From positions 1 to 62,484 of the forward strand of contig JAUSJH010000018.1 of NCBI GenBank assembly GCA_030647655.1: a DNA stretch of 62,484 bases, written 5' to 3'. This stretch comes from a bacterium. Its GTDB lineage: Bacteria > Patescibacteriota > Minisyncoccia > Phycocordibacterales > UBA2100. Under the pieces are notes generated by a model that saw only the letters and a program-made list of their open reading frames with translations, was not told where the DNA came from and searched no databases. Below are positions 45,301-52,134 of this stretch, piece by piece. A program made the translations under genes and the position numbers. Position 1 is the stretch's first letter. Every line of letters starts with the position of its first letter.

Positions 45301-46740
45301 GTGGGTGGTCGGTGCAGAGAGGACTCCGTTGGCACAGGTGCGTGTTTGTGCGATGGATGAACAAACTTGGCCGAAGGCGACGGTGCGTGCGGAGTACGCG
45401 GTCACGAAGGAACCGTGGGAGACGGTGGTGCCGTCGAGGGTGCAGGAAGAAGGTTGACCCGGAGTGCATGTGGCGTTTTGGTATGTTCCCGACAGCACTC
45501 CATTAGTACAGAGTCTTGACTGTGAGATGCAGGTTTGGTCGAAGGGTACGGAGGCACTCTGGTATGCGGTGATGGAGTTTCCGTTCAATACCTGTGCTCC
45601 GTTGAAAGTACAGCTGGTGGGTTGTCCCGGCGTGCAGGCGGAGTATGCGTATGTGCCGGAGAGAGAGCCGTTCGTACACGTGCGGGTTTCAGAGGTGCAG
45701 GTATTGCCGACGGGGACGGAGGAGGATTGATAGAAGGTGTGGGAAGAGGCGTGCGGGATTGAGACGCCGTTTTGTGTGCAAGAGGCGGGTTCTCCTGTTG
45801 TGCAGGAGGTGTATATATTGAGGGAGCTTCCGGTGAGGACTCCGTCGGAGCAAGTACGGGACTGCGCGTACGTGGCACATTGTTCGCCGAAGGGAGCGTT
45901 GGTGCGGGAATACAGCGTCTGGGATGCGCCGTGTGAGAACGTGACACTGCCGAGTGTGCAGGAGCGAGGTGGTGGGGGTGGAGGGCTTCCTCCACCTCCG
46001 CCTCCTCCGCCGCCTCCACCTCCTCCTCCACCGCCTCCACCTCCGGTACTTCCTCCACCAGTTGTTCCTCCTGTTCCAGTACCAGTTCCTGTTCCACCTC
46101 CGGCGGCTGCTCTCGTTGCAATGAACGTTCTCGTCCTCGGACCCACTGCTCCGTATCCTGTTGTGTTTGGTGAGCCTGTAGAGACGATGCCGCTCTGCAC
46201 TTGGAATCGTTGTACGGCGGCTTCGGTGAGAGCGCCGAAGAAGCCCGTGGCGGAGTCGGTAGAGAGAAAGCCTTCTGCGATGAGAATGTGCTGGAGGATG
46301 ATGACGTCTTCTCCGGTACTTCCTTTGGATAGAGTGCGGGTGATGGCAGAGGTTGTTGGAGTTGGTGTGGGAGTTGGAGTAGGAGTGGCAACTGTTCCTC
46401 CGCAGGAGAGGGTGATGGCGGCACGGGTCCTTGGTCCCACTGCTCCGTATCCTGTGGTTGAGGGTGTGCCGCTGGAGACGAGGGAGTGAGATGCCTGCCA
46501 CTGCTTGACCACCGCTTCGGTGGTGGGGCCGAAGTATCCGGTCACGGAGTCTTGGGTGAAGTCTGCGTATTCTTGTGTGAAGAAGGTCTGGAGGGCTTTG
46601 ACATCGTTGCCCGAGACACCGCGCGATAGAGTGCGGGTGAATGTGGGGCAGGTGGAGGCGTGGGAAAAGAGAGGCATCGCGAGGAAGAGCCCCGTGAAGA
46701 TTACGAGAACGATGTGACGAGTTAGTGTCATGTTGATCAT
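42304..46740 (-). CDS. giant modular surface protein (2x peptidoglycan-binding domain, poly-Gly/Pro linker, 7x four-Cys repeat, IPT/TIG-like, BNR/Asp-box propeller, Ig-like, Cys-rich discoidin-like domain)
   Basis: LSRGVSGNDVKALQ...TGYFGPTTEAVVKQWQ x2; SCTxNG...C...RxCxNGxL...Y..C repeats; SMDGGNTW; DTTAPTVSLTAP...VAGVQFKVDG. Confidence 0.85.
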   Translation of the reverse strand: MINMTLTRHIVLVIFTGLFLAMPLFSHASTCPTFTRTLSRGVSGNDVKALQTFFTQEYADFTQDSVTGYFGPTTEAVVKQWQASHSLVSSGTPSTTGYGAVGPRTRAAITLSCGGTVATPTPTPTPTPTTSAITRTLSKGSTGEDVIILQHILIAEGFLSTDSATGFFGALTEAAVQRFQVQSGIVSTGSPNTTGYGAVGPRTRTFIATRAAAGGGTGTGTGTGGTTGGGSTGGGGGGGGGGGGGGGGGGGSPPPPPPRSCTLGSVTFSHGASQTLYSRTNAPFGEQCATYAQSRTCSDGVLTGSSLNIYTSCTTGEPASCTQNGVSIPHASSHTFYQSSSVPVGNTCTSETRTCTNGSLSGTYAYSACTPGQPTSCTFNGAQVLNGNSITAYQSASVPFDQTCISQSRLCTNGVLSGTYQNATCTPGQPSSCTLDGTTVSHGSFVTAYSARTVAFGQVCSSIAQTRTCANGVLSAPTTHQYRTCSTAAPLSCTFNGQTVAHGASVTAHQTASVPVGQTCASQSRVCGNGTLTGTYAFSTCTPSLPLPTISGLSPNPVAQGAQEIITGANFAPSNTVRLTKKPNGILAAAVALIWDTFFGAQSTAIPAPSSDGTTISFTVPSDIPPATYSLTVTTVGGTSKARDLMVSNAPAASCTLDDVEVPSGQSRAFYNTPSVPYGQTCSSVQRTCTNGVLSGNTSYQYASCSVDAPTTSTYSARRVIGPDPNAEFETLWGRHSSKYIRVGRYRYATLQIPMNRTVGTNERVGFPVDIYKFDENNPTAGWTLAKHIPAHNAHQPPSLVVDKNGTLHLIYATEGGASVNQMVHYKFTRASSGTLSAPISVDMSGWPQGRYIGYLGVAYAADSDTLYTCGYDRSSNGTGVQNFRCGAYRNGVWGGPYVVLNEPGLLYIYPNMYAWGDKLLIVAGAFLYPGAENNAQREKNKLVLLSNYASNKVSAVELGNRANDTQFHQEDMDFDGQNTLYLVGARTEATGVPVYLYTINKTTGAWSRGAPIPGIVGSQHNIVVNGSRIDVLGGGKIATSMDGGNTWNVRTFSLTGYSRTEYSYNQVFTMKAKSGAALVNGKILFLQEVRDKNHKVADGSIGIPTVVEVEIPLTGGSSDTTAPTVSLTAPATGTVSGTVNITATASDNIAVAGVQFKVDGTNVGAEDTTGTASSYSTSWNTTTVSNGSHSITAVARDAAGNTRTSAAVSVTVSNTSPGASCTFNGSTVANGASVTAYQTSSVPAGAQCVSQSRVCTNGVLSRAYQFASCAVTGASQWITGIVTGVIPPGATAATVPNYCSVSSARTDDSQPAGLSFRDGQIAYIVDAHAVTSCIDIDFGSVRSFSNLRVDYWTPDSICGDSCTGTYCGTNSGGNVFASTDKINWTTLGTLVFSAAKRTQNFANISASPARYVRVCRAGASASDVRPNIAVDYVAALPVAVTSDTNSSSNLATASSPGIVERFFTWLMNTLRHSLSYI

Positions 46741-47162
46741 ACGTGCAAAAGATTGAGACCTATATCTTCATCGAGACCGCGAAGAAGCGGCTGGGTCACA
46801 AGCCAGAGACAGAGTTCGAGCGTCACGGCAACCGTCGCAGACCGGAGGTGCCCTCCGATGCACTCAAGAGTTTCATCGCACCTTGAAAGCACCGCGTGCG
46901 CATGGACGAGGGGTCGTTCATTAAGCTCGGAAACATTGCCGTCCATACTCGCGACCTCGAGCGGCCCTTCTTCTTCACGGAACACGTATCTACGATTTAC
47001 CAGATCATAATAGCCAATTTCCACATCCTTGACGGCACCGATCGCCTGAAACTGCGCCCAGTGCACGTCCTGCTCTTCGCAAAAACGCGTCAACGTGTCT
47101 ATGAGCTCTTCCTCACGCGAGAGTACTAGGAAAAAACCATTGTGTATTTGGATAGCTTGCAT
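46737..47162 (-). CDS. PPC/DUF296 domain protein
   Basis: LSREEELIDTL, AIGAV, EVASMDGN, VHAHAVLS, GGHL, TLEL. Confidence 0.88.
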   Translation of the reverse strand: MQAIQIHNGFFLVLSREEELIDTLTRFCEEQDVHWAQFQAIGAVKDVEIGYYDLVNRRYVFREEEGPLEVASMDGNVSELNERPLVHAHAVLSRCDETLECIGGHLRSATVAVTLELCLWLVTQPLLRGLDEDIGLNLLHV

Positions 47163-47163
47163 A

Positions 47164-48051
47164 TTACGGATGCCCGACCGCAACATTTTTTTGTACCGTG
47201 CGGAGCTCCGCCAAGAAAACCTCTTTCTGCTTGTCGGCGGGGATTTTGTCGGTCGGGCCTTTGCCAGGCGGATTGCCGTGCCAGCGATAATCGTTTTCAA
47301 TGGTCGGCACACCTTTGCCGGGGATGGTGTGCGCGAGGATGAGGGTCGGTTTTTCCTTAATAGCTTTCGCCTCATCGCAGGCGGCGACGAATTGCGGGAT
47401 ATTGTGGCCATCTACCTCGATGACATGCCAGTTGAACGCGCGGTACTTGTCGGCCATAGGCTCGAGCGGCATCACATCCTCTGTGTTGCCGTCTATTTGA
47501 ATGTTATTGCGGTCCATAATGGCGGTCAGATTGGTCAGCCGGTATTTACCAGCGAACATCGCGGCTTCCCACGTATTGCCTTCTTCCTGCTCGCCGTCCG
47601 ACATCGCGCAGAAAACGCGAAATGTCTTGCCGTCCATGCGCGCGGCATAGGCGTATCCGGCGGACTGTGAGAGCCCGCTTCCAAGTGGCCCCGATGTGGT
47701 TTCCATACCGGGCAACATATCGCGCTCCGGATGCCCTTGCAGTCGCGAGCCGAATTTGCGAAGTGTCATACATTCCTCAATAGGAAAATATCCAGCATGC
47801 GCCATTGCGGCATAGCGCACGGGGACGATGTGGCCGTTGGAGAGCATCAGGCGGTCGCGCAGTGGCCACTCGGTATTTTTAGGATCGTGCTTCATGACGC
47901 GGAAATAGAGCGCCGTGAAAATGTCCGCCATGCCGAGCGGCCCCGACAAGTGGCCGGAGCCTGCGGCAACAAGCATCTCGATTATGGTTACACGAATGGC
48001 ATTGGCACGCTGTTCGAGTTTCTTTATCTCTTGGTCGGTTAGCGCTTCCAT
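47164..48051 (-). CDS. transketolase N-terminal (TPP-binding) subunit
   Basis: SGHLSGPLG, RDRLMLSNGH, RLQGHP, TSGPLGSGLS, SDGEQEEGNTWEA, DRNNIQIDG. Confidence 0.94.
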   Translation of the reverse strand: MEALTDQEIKKLEQRANAIRVTIIEMLVAAGSGHLSGPLGMADIFTALYFRVMKHDPKNTEWPLRDRLMLSNGHIVPVRYAAMAHAGYFPIEECMTLRKFGSRLQGHPERDMLPGMETTSGPLGSGLSQSAGYAYAARMDGKTFRVFCAMSDGEQEEGNTWEAAMFAGKYRLTNLTAIMDRNNIQIDGNTEDVMPLEPMADKYRAFNWHVIEVDGHNIPQFVAACDEAKAIKEKPTLILAHTIPGKGVPTIENDYRWHGNPPGKGPTDKIPADKQKEVFLAELRTVQKNVAVGHP

Positions 48052-48127
48052 TAATAGCAATATAGCAGACTTTGTTACGCGAACCGCCGTCAAGTCCTGT
48101 GGACTTACGAAGCCCTTCTACCCGACC

Positions 48128-48805
48128 CTAGAGAGCCTGCTTTGCGATTTGCATCAACTTCTCGTACGCCGCTTTCGGGTCGGGCGCTTTTGATATCGCA
48201 GAACCAATGCCAAACCGCGTGGCTCCCGCTCGAACCAAGTCGGCGATATTGGATTCTGCAACACCACCATCGACTGAAATTTTGACTTCGGGAAACTGCA
48301 TATGAAACTGTGCGATGCGCGCCGGTGCCGAAGGGTCATAAGGAATTCCCTGTGTTCCAATCGTTGCGATAGACATCAGATGCACGACATCACACGCCGG
48401 CACAAGCGGAGCGATAACCTCAAATGGTGTCGGGAGAAGGAGGCCGAGACCGACCTCTTTCGCTCCCGCCTGTCTCCACGCATTGAGTGCGCCGTGCGCT
48501 TCGTTCGTATCAGCAAAAGCTTCCGCGTGTCCCATGATACGCACGGCGCCGGCGTGCGCAAAAGCGATCCCAAGTTCTCGCGGCTCTTCAATCATGAGAT
48601 GCACATCGGCAGAGAGACCTCGTACTGCGCCAAGACCAAAGGCACGAAATTCCCCCTGCTTCACGTATGGCCATGTGATATGCGGAGCAAAAAGTCCATC
48701 ATCGACATCGATATGGATGGCGGTCGTGAACGAACGAATTCGCTCTGCCCCCGCCGCTAAATCCTCTTCATCGCGAGGCACGTACGTCGGGATTATTTCG
48801 ATCAT
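48128..48805 (-). CDS. rpe: ribulose-phosphate 3-epimerase
   Basis: IHIDVDDGLFAP, DVHLMI, VHLMSI...GTQG, ISVDGG, GSAI. Confidence 0.9.
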   Translation of the reverse strand: MIEIIPTYVPRDEEDLAAGAERIRSFTTAIHIDVDDGLFAPHITWPYVKQGEFRAFGLGAVRGLSADVHLMIEEPRELGIAFAHAGAVRIMGHAEAFADTNEAHGALNAWRQAGAKEVGLGLLLPTPFEVIAPLVPACDVVHLMSIATIGTQGIPYDPSAPARIAQFHMQFPEVKISVDGGVAESNIADLVRAGATRFGIGSAISKAPDPKAAYEKLMQIAKQAL

Positions 48806-48816
48806 GGAAAAACTCG

Positions 48817-49245
48817 CTACGGGCCAACAACATAATTGCCGTCAGGCGCAGGCCCACCGAGCCCTGTCGATCCTATGTTGCACGACGAGACTGGCTGCGG
48901 CGTCGTTTCCAACATAGCGCCAAGGCAATAAAACTCACCGCCTTCCGACCTGTGTGTATAGGTGTAATCATCACCCGTTCCGGGATCCTTCGGCACGTTA
49001 GCGATATAAGAGGAACCAATCGAAGAAAGATCGGGCGGATATGCTGGCACTGGCTGGTCACTGTAATAGAGCTCCATGGCCACCTGTAGCTGCTTTAAGT
49101 CAGCAAGGCGGCGAGCATCGCGCCCCTTCTTCCGCGCGCCATTAAGCGACGCAAGTACGACAGACGAGAGGAGTCCGATAATCGCAATCACGACCAAGAG
49201 TTCGATGAGCGTGAAGCCCCGAGATTTCTGTGCAGATGTAAACAT
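48817..49245 (-). CDS. type IV pilin / T2SS pseudopilin-like protein
   Basis: Class III signal KSRG|FTLIELLVVIAIIGLL; ARKKGRDARRLADLKQLQVAMELYY; DP motif; C-terminal Cys pair. Confidence 0.9.
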   Translation of the reverse strand: MFTSAQKSRGFTLIELLVVIAIIGLLSSVVLASLNGARKKGRDARRLADLKQLQVAMELYYSDQPVPAYPPDLSSIGSSYIANVPKDPGTGDDYTYTHRSEGGEFYCLGAMLETTPQPVSSCNIGSTGLGGPAPDGNYVVGP

Positions 49246-49260
49246 AGAGAGTCTGAATAA

Positions 49261-49506
49261 TTAATAGGTGGCGGTTCCCCAGTTCGGCGTCGTTGGGACA
49301 TTGGAAGAACCCGAGCTACTCATATAAACAAAAATGGCAACTATCAGAGCAATGACCCCAATTCCAATCAACACATACTCTGCCTCTTTTCGCGATGACA
49401 CAAGTCCCCATGCGACAAGTTTGCCGCTAAAGTCGAAGCCTCCTGAAGCTACGGGCGGCCTGCCAAACTCATTCTGGTCGTCGGTCTGAAATTGCATCTC
49501 ACTCAT
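49261..49506 (-). CDS. small hypothetical membrane protein
   Basis: 81 aa, single TM; -10 TATACT 6 nt upstream of ATG. Confidence 0.7.
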   Translation of the reverse strand: MSEMQFQTDDQNEFGRPPVASGGFDFSGKLVAWGLVSSRKEAEYVLIGIGVIALIVAIFVYMSSSGSSNVPTTPNWGTATY

Positions 49507-49560
49507 AGGATGAGTATACCCTGTTGGTATGAGTTGTATAGATTAAGTGTGGATTGCGTA

Positions 49561-50010
49561 TCAGGACCTCTCTTCTATCCTCATTATCTTCTTGAGTCGC
49601 CGTAAGTGCCGATCCTCTCCGCTGAAAGACGTGGAAAGAAATGCTGCGATTATATCCCGAGCTTCTTCTGCAGTGAGTGCATCGCTTGAAAGCGCGACCA
49701 CGTTGGCATCGTTGTGCTCGCGCGCGTGCTGTGCTTCTTCCTTCGTCCGAGCGACCACGGCCCGCACGTCCTTGACCTTATTCGCAACGATTGCGGCTCC
49801 GGCACCGGAACGACACAGGAAAATGCCGCGGGCGTTCATATCTTCTCCGATCTTTTGCGCCGCCGGATACATAAAATCCGGATAGTCGTCCGCAGGGTCG
49901 AGCGTATGTGCGCCCTCATCTATAACGTCGTACCCCTGAGTCAAGAGGTATGCCTTCAGCGCCTCTTTGAGGTTGAACCCGCCGTGATCCGTCGCCAGAT
50001 ATACCTTCAT
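49561..50010 (-). CDS. rpiB: ribose-5-phosphate isomerase B (RpiB/LacAB family)
   Basis: TDHGG, DDYPD, LCRSGAG, ANKVKDVRA, AREHNDANVVAL, RHLRRL. Confidence 0.92.
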   Translation of the reverse strand: MKVYLATDHGGFNLKEALKAYLLTQGYDVIDEGAHTLDPADDYPDFMYPAAQKIGEDMNARGIFLCRSGAGAAIVANKVKDVRAVVARTKEEAQHAREHNDANVVALSSDALTAEEARDIIAAFLSTSFSGEDRHLRRLKKIMRIEERS

Positions 50011-51017
50011 GACCTTAGGCGCTTTGCGACTTCGGAGACGTGCTCGATGAGCGTGTGCGTGTAGCCCATTTCGTTGTCGTACCACGCGAGGACTTTCACC
50101 AAGAGGCCGTCGACGACGCGCGTCATGCCGAGGTCGGCTATCGCGCCATATGGCAGACCGAGAATATCAGATGAAACGAGAGGCTCGTCGGAGACTGCAA
50201 ACACGCGTTTCCAACGGTCGGTTGCGGCGGCCTTTCTCATCGCATCGTTCACCTCTTCGACAGTGGTCGGGCGCGATGGAGTGAAGGTTATGTCGACGAT
50301 GGAGCCGGAAGGCACCGGCACGCGCACCGCGATGCCGTCGAATTTGCCTTTGAGTTTCGGATATGCGATCGCTGTCGCCTTCGCCGCACCTGTGGAAGAC
50401 GGCACGAGATTTTGTGCGCCTGCCCTACCGCGACGGAAATCGTCGGGCGCCGTGCCGTCGACGATACCCTGCGTTGCCGTATAGGCGTGGGTGGTGTTGA
50501 GAAGCGCCCGCTCGATGCCGATGGCTTCATCCAAAATGCCGATAAGAGGGCTCGCGCAATTGGTCGTGCACGACGCGTTCGATGTGATGTCGCACGTACC
50601 GAATTTCTCTTCGTTGGCGCCGATGAGAATGGTTTCTACGCCCTCGCCTTTGCCGGGTGCGGTGATGACAACCTTTTTCGCTCCCGCATCAATGTGCGCA
50701 TGCGCCTTCGCTCCATCTGTAAAATATCCGGTCGACTCGATGACGATATCGACCTTCATGTCCCTCCACGGCAACTTCGCCGGATCTTTCTCCGCAAAGA
50801 CCGGAATGGTTTTCCCGTCAACGACAAGCGCCTTGTCCGCCAACGCGACAGAGAACTTCGCGCGGCCATAGACCGTGTCGTATTTCAAAAGGTAGGCGAG
50901 ATTTTCCGCCGGCGCCAAATCATTCACGGCGACAATCTCAAATTCTGCGCGCCCATGGACTGCTCGCATGAATCCCCTGCCAATTCTCCCGAACCCATTT
51001 ATTGCTATGCGTGCCAT
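50007..51017 (-). CDS. gap: type I glyceraldehyde-3-phosphate dehydrogenase
   Basis: INGFGRIGR, SNASCTTNC, PSSTGAAKA, WYDNEMGY. Confidence 0.97.
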   Translation of the reverse strand: MARIAINGFGRIGRGFMRAVHGRAEFEIVAVNDLAPAENLAYLLKYDTVYGRAKFSVALADKALVVDGKTIPVFAEKDPAKLPWRDMKVDIVIESTGYFTDGAKAHAHIDAGAKKVVITAPGKGEGVETILIGANEEKFGTCDITSNASCTTNCASPLIGILDEAIGIERALLNTTHAYTATQGIVDGTAPDDFRRGRAGAQNLVPSSTGAAKATAIAYPKLKGKFDGIAVRVPVPSGSIVDITFTPSRPTTVEEVNDAMRKAAATDRWKRVFAVSDEPLVSSDILGLPYGAIADLGMTRVVDGLLVKVLAWYDNEMGYTHTLIEHVSEVAKRLRS

Positions 51018-51080
51018 GGTCAACCTATTATATCCTATTCTGTATCAATGCGTGCGCACGATGACGGTTTCCTTTGAATA

Positions 51081-52052
51081 TTACTTGAAACTGCTTCCCG
51101 AGCTTGCTCTTTTTGGCGTGGTAATAGAAATAAAACTCACTGTCGGGTCGACATATGCTTCGGAGCCCATCGTCAGCTCTATCCCCTTGTTGCCGTTACG
51201 AATTATCGTAGTACCGCCACTAGCGTTAAACAGCAAGTCCGAAGTACGGGCAGCTAGCACGACATGGCTGGTTGCGGTGCCTCCTCCACCTTGCAGTGTG
51301 CCGCCGAGCCAAGATACCCGAGATGCGGACGCATACAACACCGTTTTGCTACCACCCTTAACCGTAAGGTTGTAGCCTGGCCACGTCGAAGCCCAGAAAT
51401 ACGAATCGTAATATATCTCCAACACTGCTGGAGCAGTCGTATTGCCCGAATAGTCTATTGATACGTTATCATCTTTGGCGCGCAGATAGACTGTGCCACG
51501 GCCTGTTTGTATCATGGACTTGTTTCCTGACTGCCACTCGCCGGCGATTGCGGTGAGCCATAACGTACCGCCGCCACGAACCATTATCTGTGCAAACTGC
51601 TCCCATGCGTCGTTATAGTTGTTCAAAGGTTTTGATATCTGTCGGATAGTGATGCCGCCGATATAGACGATTGCACCTCCGGAGATGTTCATCTCTGCGG
51701 TGACCACGGCGCTACGCGGACCGGTTATCGCTATGGATTTGCGGATTTGAACGGGAACAGTACTGTCGTATGTTCCGGCGGCAAGTTGCAAGGTCTTCAT
51801 ATCATTTGTCATCGCGACACCGCGCGTGAGCGTTTGGCACGGCTGAGCGGACGTGCATGAATTCGAGTCGTTGCCCGAAGGAGAGATATATACGTCAGCC
51901 ACGCCAGACGCCGCAACTTCCATCGAAGCTGGTTCCGTTGCGACCTCCGCTGTAGCAAACATGCCGGATCGGTTGAATGCGGAAACGCTGGCCACACCAG
52001 TCAGAACAAGCGCGAACAAAAGTGCATATATGTGGAGGGGTTTGAATTTCAT
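51081..52052 (-). CDS. secreted pectin-lyase-fold (DUF1565-like) beta-helix protein
   Basis: Signal peptide; VYISPSGNDSNSCTSAQPCQTL...LQLAAGTY pattern followed by beta-helix-like rungs. Confidence 0.7.
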   Translation of the reverse strand: MKFKPLHIYALLFALVLTGVASVSAFNRSGMFATAEVATEPASMEVAASGVADVYISPSGNDSNSCTSAQPCQTLTRGVAMTNDMKTLQLAAGTYDSTVPVQIRKSIAITGPRSAVVTAEMNISGGAIVYIGGITIRQISKPLNNYNDAWEQFAQIMVRGGGTLWLTAIAGEWQSGNKSMIQTGRGTVYLRAKDDNVSIDYSGNTTAPAVLEIYYDSYFWASTWPGYNLTVKGGSKTVLYASASRVSWLGGTLQGGGGTATSHVVLAARTSDLLFNASGGTTIIRNGNKGIELTMGSEAYVDPTVSFISITTPKRASSGSSFK

Positions 52053-52134
52053 GTGGCCATTATAACCTATAGCTATACCGAGAGGGCAACTCTGGGGTCA
52101 TCCACGGGTTGAAAGCACGCCTAGAATATGGCGT

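Noticed and set aside
47163-47411. N-terminal extension of the DUF296 ORF
   Set aside because: Overlaps the transketolase N subunit; domain starts at ATG 47162
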